From the IMG/VR virus record IMGVR_UViG_2930461776_000001, positions 23,883 through 87,882 of that record: a DNA stretch of 64,000 nt. One strand, given 5' to 3'. The notes under the pieces were generated by a model. It made no database searches, was not told the origin of the DNA, and worked only from the letters and a program-made list of their open reading frames with translations. The position numbers and the translations under genes were made by a program. Shown piece by piece: positions 35,787-43,931 of the stretch. Every line of letters starts with the position of its first letter. Within the stretch, counting starts at the first letter, position 1. This DNA comes from a virus (taxonomy: Duplodnaviria; Caudoviricetes).

Positions 35787-37246
35787 CGGTCACCAGTCCC
35801 GATATCCCGCTGGCGTTCTTGTCGGACGACGAGCTCGCCCTGATCAACATGCTGCGTGCGGACATGCTGCGGGACCGGTGGGCTCTGCAGCTGCGGGATG
35901 CCTATTTCAACGGTGAGCAGCTCATCCGGGACCTCGGCATCAGCATCCCGCCTCAGCTGAAGGGCCTGCACACGGTCATCGGCTGGCCGCGGGTGGGTGT
36001 CGAATCCCTGGAGGAGCGCCTTGACCTGGAGGCGTTCCGATGGGCGGACGGCTCGGACTCGTCGGAGCTGACGGAGATCGCCGACGCTAACGACTTGTTC
36101 GACGAGTCGAGCCTGGCGCACCTGGATGCCCTGACATATGGCCGCGAGTATCTGGCTGTCGGCTCTGGGGACTGCGGTGGCGATGACTGTCCGCCGCTGA
36201 TCTCGGCGGAGTCTCCGCTGGACATGACGGTGATGTGGGATGCCCGTATCCGCATGAGCACGGCGGCGCTTCGCGAGTGCGCGGCGGACACGTTCATCGA
36301 GTCCGGCCCTGAGGAGCGCATGCTGGTCCTCTACCTGCCGGATCAGACGGTGATGGCGTTGCCGTCGGCGTCGGGTGGCTGGGAGGTCGTCGACCGCGAC
36401 ATGCACGGCCTGGGTGTCGTCCCGGTGGTGCGGATGGCGAACCGGCAGCGCACCGCGGACCGTGTCGGCAAGTCGGAGATCACCCCAGAGGTTATGTCGA
36501 TCACGGATGCTGCTTGCCGGCGCCTGATGGGCATGGAGGTGGCGGCGGAGTTCTTCGGCGCCCCGCAGCGCTACATCTTGGGCGCGTCGGAGTCGGCGTT
36601 CCAGGACGCGGACGGTACGGCGAAGTCGGCGTGGGAGACGTACATCGGCCGCGTCCTCGCGTTGGAGCGGGATGAAGACGGCAACGTCCCGGACGTGGGC
36701 CAGTTCGCGGCTCATGACCCGACCGGCATGACGAAAATCATCGACCTGTATGCGCGGATCATGGCGTCGCAGATGTCGGTGGCCCCGCACGTCCTCGGCT
36801 ACAGCAGCGACAACCCAGCTTCTGCCGACGCGATTCGTTTCGCCGACAACCGTCAGGTCAAGAAGGCCGAACGGCGCATCCGTCGCTTCGGTGCCGGCTG
36901 GCAGCAGGCGATGCGGCTCGCTCTGTGGGTGCGCGACGGTGAGCCGCCGGACAAGGCGCGGCGCATCGAGACGGTGTGGCGCAATCCTGCGACACCGACG
37001 GTGGCGGCCCAGGTGGACGCCACGGTCAAGCTCGTGCAAGCAGGCGTGCTGCCCGCGGACTCCGACGTGACGTTGGAGATGGCCGGGTTCACGGAGGCGC
37101 AGCGGCAGCGGATCGCAGCCGATCGGCGGCGGGCTGCTGGCAGGGCTGGGAGTACTGCGCTGCTGGACCGCCTGGCTGAGCTCAGTGCTGGTGGCTCGCA
37201 GGCGGGCATAGAGCCGTCGGAGGCCGAACTTGGCGACCTCGGATAG
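35783..37246 (+). CDS. Portal protein (SPP1 gp6-like)
   Basis: YFNGEQ...GWPRVGV...GKSEI...AEFFGAPQRYILG...NPASADA...W.NPATPT. Confidence 0.92.
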   Translation: MTVTSPDIPLAFLSDDELALINMLRADMLRDRWALQLRDAYFNGEQLIRDLGISIPPQLKGLHTVIGWPRVGVESLEERLDLEAFRWADGSDSSELTEIADANDLFDESSLAHLDALTYGREYLAVGSGDCGGDDCPPLISAESPLDMTVMWDARIRMSTAALRECAADTFIESGPEERMLVLYLPDQTVMALPSASGGWEVVDRDMHGLGVVPVVRMANRQRTADRVGKSEITPEVMSITDAACRRLMGMEVAAEFFGAPQRYILGASESAFQDADGTAKSAWETYIGRVLALERDEDGNVPDVGQFAAHDPTGMTKIIDLYARIMASQMSVAPHVLGYSSDNPASADAIRFADNRQVKKAERRIRRFGAGWQQAMRLALWVRDGEPPDKARRIETVWRNPATPTVAAQVDATVKLVQAGVLPADSDVTLEMAGFTEAQRQRIAADRRRAAGRAGSTALLDRLAELSAGGSQAGIEPSEAELGDLG

Positions 37247-38039
37247 TTCGACGAGCGTTGTCCGTTGGCGCCAGGCGCAGGCTGGTCTGTCCACGCTGCT
37301 GTTGCGTGATCTGCGTGGGCTGCGGCGTCTCATCAACCCGAACCGTTTGCAGGCGACGGTGCCGACGTGGATCGAGGCGGTAGCGGCCCTGGTGGCACGC
37401 TATGCAGAGGCGTCCGCAAGCCTGGGCGCCGACTTCTACGACGGTGAGCGTGAGACGGCCAGTGTGCCCGGGACGTTCACGGTGCCACTGGCTGATCCGC
37501 CTCCGGATGAGCAGACGTCGAACTCGCTGCGCTGGGCCACGAAGGACTTGTGGCCGCGCGACGAGCGTGAAGCGTCTGTAGCTCAGCTGGAGCCGCTCGA
37601 CATCCGCCTGGAGGCGGCAATGTCGAAGGCGGACGGCGCTGTCGGCCGGCTGGTGTTGAACGCGGGCCGGGAGACGGTGCAGGAGGCTGTCCGGGAGGAC
37701 CGCGGGGCTGTCGCCTATGCGCGGGCCGCGGCTCTCGGCTGCTGCTCGTTCTGCGCTCTCATGTCCAGCCGTGGCGCGGTCTACAAGGACCGCGGGACGG
37801 TCGGTGAGGACGCCAATGACCGGTTCATCGGCAACGACAGTGTGATCAAGTATCACAACTACTGCCGCTGCCAGCCGATCCCCGTTTTCCGAGGTCAGGC
37901 GTTCGAGCTGTCGGCGAAGGCCCAGGAGTGGGATCGCATCTACCGCGAGTTCGCCCAAGGGCATCCTGGTGAGCAGCTTCGGCTCTTCCGGGCCGCGCTC
38001 GCGGAGCAGCGTGCGCTAGCGGATCCCGGATCTTTCTGA
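37230..38039 (+). CDS. Minor head / capsid maturation protein (MuF/VG15-like)
   Basis: CCSFCALMSSRG...YHNYCRCQPIP; position after portal. Confidence 0.8.
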   Translation: MATSDSSTSVVRWRQAQAGLSTLLLRDLRGLRRLINPNRLQATVPTWIEAVAALVARYAEASASLGADFYDGERETASVPGTFTVPLADPPPDEQTSNSLRWATKDLWPRDEREASVAQLEPLDIRLEAAMSKADGAVGRLVLNAGRETVQEAVREDRGAVAYARAAALGCCSFCALMSSRGAVYKDRGTVGEDANDRFIGNDSVIKYHNYCRCQPIPVFRGQAFELSAKAQEWDRIYREFAQGHPGEQLRLFRAALAEQRALADPGSF

Positions 38040-38102
38040 TCAACGAGGTCGCCCTGGTGGCGGCCTTTCTCATTTCCACAGCCCCTGGAGGGCCGATTCG
38101 TC

Positions 38103-38765
38103 ATGCCCGAAGAGAACGAGCAGACCAGCGAGCAGCAGCAGGAGTCCGGCACTGAGGAGACCGTCGAGGAGACGGCTGCCCAGGAGCAGGGCGGCGCTGA
38201 GCAGCAGGAGGACGCCCAGGAGGCGGAGTCCGGCGGCGAGGAGAAGCCGTTCGACCGGAAGCAGGCCGAGGCGAAGATCAAGAAGGCGAACTCGGAGGCT
38301 GCGAACCTCCGTAAGCGCCTGAAGGAGCTGGAGCCGGCAGCTGCCGAGCTGCGGCGCATCAAGGACGCCGAGAAGTCGGAGTCCGAGCGTCTCACCGACC
38401 AGCTGAACCGGGCGAACGAGCAGATCGCCGCTACCCGCAAGAGCCTCGTGGAGGCGCGCGTGCAGGCCATGGCCGGCGCCCAGGTGGGGGAGCGGGCCGC
38501 ATTCACGGACCCGGAAGACGCTGTCGGCCAGCTCGATCTGACCTCGTACATCGACGAGTCGGGCTCCATCGACGAGACCGCCATTGAGGCGGATCTCCAG
38601 GCGCTGTTGGAGCGCAAGCCGCACTGGGCGAAGACCCAGCCCCCGGAGGGCCCGCGGCGACCCGCACCGGATCGCACTCAGGCGTCCGGTGCCAACCGAA
38701 AGCAGGCCCCCAACCCGGAGGACGAGTTCGCCGGGTGGTTGAGTTCGCGGCTGCCTAGCCGCTGA
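38103..38765 (+). CDS. Capsid scaffolding protein
   Basis: Acidic N-terminus, coiled coil, KPHWA motif; precedes capsid gene. Confidence 0.85.
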   Translation: MPEENEQTSEQQQESGTEETVEETAAQEQGGAEQQEDAQEAESGGEEKPFDRKQAEAKIKKANSEAANLRKRLKELEPAAAELRRIKDAEKSESERLTDQLNRANEQIAATRKSLVEARVQAMAGAQVGERAAFTDPEDAVGQLDLTSYIDESGSIDETAIEADLQALLERKPHWAKTQPPEGPRRPAPDRTQASGANRKQAPNPEDEFAGWLSSRLPSR

Positions 38766-38776
38766 GAGAAGGAATC

Positions 38777-39733
38777 ATGGTGGCTACGGCCCCCCTCACT
38801 CTGTCCAATGTCGATGCGTCGCTCCTGCCGCGCACGATCACCGCCCCGATCTTCGAGAAGTCGGTGGAGCAGTCCGCCGTGATGGCGCTCGCCCGGCAGG
38901 CGCCGCTCGCCCTGGACGCCACGACGAGCGTGCCGATCCCGATGGACGTTCCGACCGCGGACTGGGTCGGGCAGGCGGCGAAGAAGCCGCTGTCGACCGG
39001 CGGCGTCGACGTCAAGCAGATGCAGGCGAAGAAGCTGGCGGTGCTCATTCCGGTCGCCATGGAGGTCGCCAAGACCAACGCAGGCGGCCTCTACACCCAG
39101 CTGCAGAAGGATCTGCCCACGGCGTTCGCGCGGGCCTACGACCACGCCGCGATCCACGGGAAGACCATGAAGGGCGCCACCGGGCCGTTCACCGAGTACC
39201 TGGCAGCCACCACCAACTCGGTGGCCCTCGGCACCGCCACGCAGGCACAGGGCGGCATCTGGGCCGACCTGGTGACCGGCATGGAAGAGGTCATCGACGG
39301 GGACTGGGACTACACCGGCACCGTCGCCGACCACCGGCTGAAGCCGAAGCTGCTGCTCGCGACCGACACCACGGGCCGGCCGATCCTGGTCGACACGCAG
39401 ACCCCGGGCACGGACATGGCCGCGGCGGGCACGCTGATCGGCGAGCCGCTCGCCTACTCGCGGTCGGTGTCGGGCAAGCAGCGCCGGCAGTCCGCGAGCA
39501 CGGACACGGGCCTGCGGGCGATCGGCGGCGACTGGTCGCAGGCGGCGTATGGCGTCGGCATGGACATCACGGTGCGGATCTCCGACCAGGCCACCTACGT
39601 GGACGAGGACGGCGGCGTGCACTCGGCGTTCCAGGAGAACCTGGTTCTGATCCTCGCGGAGGCGTACTACGGCTTCGTGATGGGCGACGTCGACGCGTTC
39701 GTGAAGTTCACCGGCACCCCGAGCGGTTCCTGA
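38777..39733 (+). CDS. Major capsid protein (HK97 fold)
   Basis: ADWVGQ..KKP...KKLAVLIPV...GDWSQ...FQENLVLILAE.YYGF; ends FTGTPSGS. Confidence 0.93.
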   Translation: MVATAPLTLSNVDASLLPRTITAPIFEKSVEQSAVMALARQAPLALDATTSVPIPMDVPTADWVGQAAKKPLSTGGVDVKQMQAKKLAVLIPVAMEVAKTNAGGLYTQLQKDLPTAFARAYDHAAIHGKTMKGATGPFTEYLAATTNSVALGTATQAQGGIWADLVTGMEEVIDGDWDYTGTVADHRLKPKLLLATDTTGRPILVDTQTPGTDMAAAGTLIGEPLAYSRSVSGKQRRQSASTDTGLRAIGGDWSQAAYGVGMDITVRISDQATYVDEDGGVHSAFQENLVLILAEAYYGFVMGDVDAFVKFTGTPSGS

Positions 39734-40767
39734 TGGCCAGGGCTGTCCCGGCTTCCGCGCCGGGCGGGGCAGCCAAGCCCCTGAAGATCGTGGCCCGCGT
39801 TCATGCGATGCCGCCGGAGCACAATGCGGGCGCCGAGTACATGCTGGTGTCGATGCTCCGGCCGCTGGTGGAACGCGGGCACGATGTGTCCGTGTGGCTG
39901 TCCCGCTACGGGAAGGCCCACAAGGAGTACGAGTACCGGGGCATCAAGGTCGTGCCACTGGAGTCCCGTCTCGACTTCCCGACCGCTGTCCGCAGGGCGG
40001 ATGTGCTGCTCGCGCATCTGGAAACAGTGCCTGCGACGGCGTCGCTGGCCCGCGGCTACGGCAAGCGGCTCGTGGTGGTGTGCCACAACACGCACCGGCC
40101 GACCTTCCGCGACATCGCTGCGGGTGGGACGTCGCTGGCGGTGTACAACAGCCAGTGGATGGCTCAGCAGGCGGAGTTGTTCTTCGCCGAGTATCCGAAG
40201 TCGACCCGCCCGGACCGCAGCCTCATCGTGCGTCCGCCCGTGTTCGCCGAGGAGTACGCGACGAAGCCCGGCAAGGCCATCACCCTGATCAACTGCAATC
40301 CGGAGAAGGGCGGCAAGGTCCTCAAATCCCTCGCCGAACGAATGCCGGACCAGGAGTTCCTGGCAGTGAAGGGCGCCTACGGCGAGCAGATCCTCCCGAA
40401 CCTGCCGAACGTCGAGATCGTCGAGCATGTGCGCGGCGAGGAAATGCGGGAGAAGGTGTACGGCCGCACGAAGGTGCTCCTGATGCCGTCTTCCTACGAG
40501 TCGTGGGGTCGTGCCGGATGCGAGGCGCTCGCCAGCGGCATCCCCGTGGTCGCGCACCCGACCGAGGGCCTGTGTGAGTCGCTGGGCGAGGCAGGCATCT
40601 TCGTCGACCGCGAGGACGTGGCCGGCTACGAGGCGGTGCTGCGGAAGCTGCTGACCGCCGCCGAGTATCGGCTGGCGTCGAAGCGGGCGAAGGCCCGCAG
40701 TCTCGAGCTGAATCCGGCTGCTGACCTTGCAGCCTGGTGTGCCGCCATTGAGGGCTTGTCCACGTAG
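39733..40767 (+). CDS. Glycosyltransferase, GT-B fold (family 4-like)
   Basis: HAMPP.HNAGAE; LLMPSSYESWGRAGCEALASGIPVV (EX7E); TGATG-coupled to the capsid gene. Confidence 0.92.
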   Translation: MARAVPASAPGGAAKPLKIVARVHAMPPEHNAGAEYMLVSMLRPLVERGHDVSVWLSRYGKAHKEYEYRGIKVVPLESRLDFPTAVRRADVLLAHLETVPATASLARGYGKRLVVVCHNTHRPTFRDIAAGGTSLAVYNSQWMAQQAELFFAEYPKSTRPDRSLIVRPPVFAEEYATKPGKAITLINCNPEKGGKVLKSLAERMPDQEFLAVKGAYGEQILPNLPNVEIVEHVRGEEMREKVYGRTKVLLMPSSYESWGRAGCEALASGIPVVAHPTEGLCESLGEAGIFVDREDVAGYEAVLRKLLTAAEYRLASKRAKARSLELNPAADLAAWCAAIEGLST

Positions 40768-40776
40768 GAGGTCGGC

Positions 40777-41190
40777 ATGGCGTTCGCTCCTCCGACCGTG
40801 GAACAGCTCGGCCTCTACCTGGGGTTGAGTGAGATCGACGGGAACCGCGCCGATCTGCTGATCGCCTCCGCGGTGTCCCTGTGCCAGACCATCGTCAAGC
40901 CGCTGCCCGAGGGTGCGGAAGCCGTGGTGCTGTCGGTTGCCGGCCGCGCCTATGTGAATCCGCAGCAGGTGTCTTACGAGACGATCGGCCCGATGTCGGT
41001 GCAGCGCCCGTCCGGGTCGGGCGGCCTGTATCTGACCAAGAACGACAAGGCTGCGCTGAAGAGCCTTGCCGGCCGGGGCGGCGCGTTCACGGTGGATCCG
41101 ACACCGTCAACGGCGGATCCGTCGCCGACGTGGCCGATCGACGACGCCGGGTTCGCCGACGAGTTCGAGCCCGGCTGGGGGTACAGCTGA
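40777..41190 (+). CDS. Head-to-tail adaptor
   Basis: RAYVNP...ETIGPMS...GLYLTK.DK; synteny. Confidence 0.8.
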   Translation: MAFAPPTVEQLGLYLGLSEIDGNRADLLIASAVSLCQTIVKPLPEGAEAVVLSVAGRAYVNPQQVSYETIGPMSVQRPSGSGGLYLTKNDKAALKSLAGRGGAFTVDPTPSTADPSPTWPIDDAGFADEFEPGWGYS

Positions 41191-41564
41191 TGCCGTACCC
41201 GTTCGGGGAGAAGGTGCGGATCGTGCGCAGCGGCCCGTCGCCGGGACGGAATGGCCGCGGCCAGCCGCTGCCGGGCCCGGACGAGTCGTTCGACCTGGAG
41301 GGCTGTGCTGTGACCCCGCGGGCGGAGACTCCGCAGGTGGGCGGCGACCAGCAGCAGGCCCGAGACACGGTCATCGTCGGCTGGACCATCTACGTCCCGC
41401 CTGGACAGCCACAACACGCCCGCCTTCCGCTGCGCACTACCGACAAGGCGAAGGTGCGGGGCGTGCTCTGCGACATCACGGGCGAGCCCGGCGACTGGGG
41501 CCGCAGCGTCTTCACCGGTACCCGCGGCCCGATCCAATTCGCCGCCGACCGCGTCACCGGCTGA
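41190..41564 (+). CDS. Head-to-tail stopper
   Basis: GCAVTP...TDKAKVRG...ITGEPGDW.S.FTG; synteny. Confidence 0.78.
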   Translation: MPYPFGEKVRIVRSGPSPGRNGRGQPLPGPDESFDLEGCAVTPRAETPQVGGDQQQARDTVIVGWTIYVPPGQPQHARLPLRTTDKAKVRGVLCDITGEPGDWGRSVFTGTRGPIQFAADRVTG

Positions 41565-41579
41565 TCAGGGAGGTGGCCT

Positions 41580-41906
41580 GTGCCTGCACGGTTCAAGATG
41601 AAGCGGAAAGGCGTCGGGCAAATGCTGCGCATGCCGGGCATGCAGGCAGAGATGCTCCGCCGCGCCGAAGTGATCAAGGGCGTCGCAGAGTCGATCTCCC
41701 CGGTCGACGAGAACAGCCCGGACCCCGGCCACTATCAACGGTCGTGGGAGGCAGGCAGCACGAGCCGGGGCGGACGTCGCCGCGACCGTGCCGTCGGCTA
41801 CGTCCGCAACACCGCCTATTACGCCCGCTGGGTCGAGTACGGCACCGAGCGGGTGCCGGCGCATCACGTGCTGCTGCGGGCTGCTCAGATCGGCGGGCGG
41901 AACTAG
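41580..41906 (+). CDS. HK97 gp10-like neck protein
   Basis: SPVD...GHYQRS...NTAYYARWVEYGT. Confidence 0.82.
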   Translation: MPARFKMKRKGVGQMLRMPGMQAEMLRRAEVIKGVAESISPVDENSPDPGHYQRSWEAGSTSRGGRRRDRAVGYVRNTAYYARWVEYGTERVPAHHVLLRAAQIGGRN

Positions 41907-42298
41907 TGACCGTCATCGTCGACATCGAAGGCGAGCTGATCCCGCGGGCGCAGGCCCGCTGGCCCGACGCGGTTGTGCGCGACGAGCTCGACAACAGTCT
42001 GATCAGCGAGTTGCCGACGATCCAGATCGAGCAAGTGCCGGGCGGTGACATCGCCGCCGGCCGCCTGGCCCGGATGCTGGTGGACATCGACGTGTACGCC
42101 GCCGACCGGGCCTCAGCCGTCGCCCTCGCTGGCGAGGTGCTCGGCTGGGTTGAGCTGGAACTTCGCAGCTCGACGACTGACACGCTCGTCATCAGTAAAG
42201 CGGGAGCGATCACACTGCCCGCGCCCCGGCCCTACGAGAACACCGGCCTTCGCCGCGTTGGGGCCACCTACGAGATCTTCTGTCACCCGGTCTCCTGA
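41906..42298 (+). CDS. Tail terminator protein
   Basis: LPTIQIEQVPGG...VDIDVYA...RRVGATY; synteny. Confidence 0.78.
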   Translation: MTVIVDIEGELIPRAQARWPDAVVRDELDNSLISELPTIQIEQVPGGDIAAGRLARMLVDIDVYAADRASAVALAGEVLGWVELELRSSTTDTLVISKAGAITLPAPRPYENTGLRRVGATYEIFCHPVS

Positions 42299-42371
42299 CC
42301 GATCTATCGGGCCCGCGCCGGACCCCGTCAACACCCGCCCGTGCGCGGGCTTTCGCATGTCTGGAGACATC

Positions 42372-42959
42372 ATGGTTTCAATCACCCGCGCTGCGGATCT
42401 GCTGGAGGTCGGTGCGAACGGGGGCGGCTGGGCTGCTCCGGTAGGTACGTCTTCGCCGGGGGATCCGGCGGTGCAGCCGCTGGCGCCGTGGCTGCCGCTG
42501 GGCGCCATCTCTGAGGACGGTCTGACGCAGGGCTTCGACGAGGACTCGCAGTCGTTCACGCCGTGGGGCTACACGTCGCCGATCCGCACCACCATCACGT
42601 CCAGCCTGCGCACGTTCGGGCTGACGGTGTGGGAGACGGGGCGCACGACCGTGCAGTCGCTGCAGTACCGCGTCGATTCGGCGGACCTGGTGCCGACCGC
42701 CGGCCTCACCTCGTTCGCGGAGACCGCCTCTCCGGAGCCGGACCGGCGCGCGTTCTGGTTCGTGGTCCTGGACGGCGACAACTTCCAGCGCGGCTTTTAC
42801 GTGCCGCAGGGCGAGATCACGGAGCGCTCCGACGTGTCCCACAAGCAGGACGAGATCGCTGGCTTCGAGTGGACGATCACCGCCTACCCGGACGCGTCCG
42901 ACAACACCGTGTACCACTTCGACCGGGTGCCGGAGACGGCCGCGTACACCGGGTCCTGA
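42372..42959 (+). CDS. Major tail (tube) protein
   Basis: APVGT..P...LGAISEDG...TPWG...WET...TITAYPD; ends AAYTGS. Confidence 0.9.
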   Translation: MVSITRAADLLEVGANGGGWAAPVGTSSPGDPAVQPLAPWLPLGAISEDGLTQGFDEDSQSFTPWGYTSPIRTTITSSLRTFGLTVWETGRTTVQSLQYRVDSADLVPTAGLTSFAETASPEPDRRAFWFVVLDGDNFQRGFYVPQGEITERSDVSHKQDEIAGFEWTITAYPDASDNTVYHFDRVPETAAYTGS

Positions 42960-42963
42960 GACG

Positions 42964-43026
42964 GGTGGGCGGGTCGTCGACAGCCTCCGGGCTGTTCACC
43001 GTTGGCGCGGGCCCGACCCGCCCACC
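42964..43026 (+). terminator. Stem-loop after major tail gene
   Basis: GGTGGGCGGGTCG / CGACCCGCCCACC 13-bp perfect stem. Confidence 0.6.
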
Positions 43027-43068
43027 TCTACTTTCCGCCCGCGCCGTTCAAGATGAGGAGCCCGCGCC

Positions 43069-43500
43069 GTGGCCGCTACGCGCAAGACCACCACCAGCAG
43101 TACGAGCAGGAAGCCCCGCAGCGGGGCGCGAGCAGCATCCCGGCCCGCCACCACGAGGCGCGCCGCCGAGCCCGACGTCGAAGAGGCCGAGGTGTCCGCG
43201 GCGGAAGCCCAGGAGATCGAGGTCGACGGCTATGTGACCGCCACGCTGTGCGGCGAGGATCTGAGGATCATGCCGCCCAGTGCGTGGCGCGCCTCGTGGG
43301 CGACCTACCTCGGTCGGGGCCAGGTGGCTGCGTTCGTCGAGCTGACCGTCCACCCCGACGATCTCGAACTGTTCTGGGAGATCGACCCGACCAACGCAGA
43401 GTTCGGGGAGTTCATCGACGACGCCACCCAGCAGGACGGTGAGAGCCCGGGAAACTCGCGTGGACCCGCCACGTCGCCGAGGCGCACGCGGAGGCGGTAG
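43069..43500 (+). CDS. Tail assembly chaperone (G)
   Basis: Between tail tube and tape measure genes; slippery site near 3' end. Confidence 0.85.
   Translation: MAATRKTTTSSTSRKPRSGARAASRPATTRRAAEPDVEEAEVSAAEAQEIEVDGYVTATLCGEDLRIMPPSAWRASWATYLGRGQVAAFVELTVHPDDLELFWEIDPTNAEFGEFIDDATQQDGESPGNSRGPATSPRRTRRR
43449..43455 (+). other. Programmed -1 ribosomal frameshift site G GGA AAC
   Basis: XXXYYYZ heptamer in the correct phase; -1 frame is open (KLAWTRHVAEAHAEAVEADLLRYY...) to 43910. Confidence 0.85.
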
Positions 43501-43910
43501 AGGCCGACCTGCTCCGCTACTACCACGGCGTCGACCTGCTCGACGTGTACCGGGGTGCGATGTCGTGGCGACGCCTGCGGGTCCTCATTTCGCATCTGCC
43601 TGCCGAGTCGGCGACGTGGACGGCTCTACGGAACGAACTCACTCCTCAGCAGCTTGCCGAGCAGGCGGAGAAGGGGCATCCCGAGAAGGGGCGCTGGTCG
43701 CAGCAGGAGCAGTTGCTCGCGTCGGTGGTGGATGCTGTCCGCCGCGTGGAGTGGGTTCTGTGGAGCGTGAACATCGAGCAGAAGTCGAAGCGTCCTGACG
43801 CTCCGGAGCCGATGCGCCGGCCGGGCGCGGGTCCGAAGAAGACGAAGGCGCAGCTGACCGACAAGTCTGCGGACCGGCTGTTCGAGTTGCTGCAAGGGGG
43901 CGCCGCGTAG
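43449..43910 (+). CDS. Tail assembly chaperone extension (T portion of GT fusion)
   Basis: EADLLRYY.GVDL.D...MSWRRL.VLI.HLP.ES motif; reached by frameshift. Confidence 0.82.
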   Translation, partial: GKLAWTRHVAEAHAEAVEADLLRYYHGVDLLDVYRGAMSWRRLRVLISHLPAESATWTALRNELTPQQLAEQAEKGHPEKGRWSQQEQLLASVVDAVRRVEWVLWSVNIEQKSKRPDAPEPMRRPGAGPKKTKAQLTDKSADRLFELLQGGAA

Positions 43911-43931
43911 GGCGCCGGGAGGAGGCTCCCG

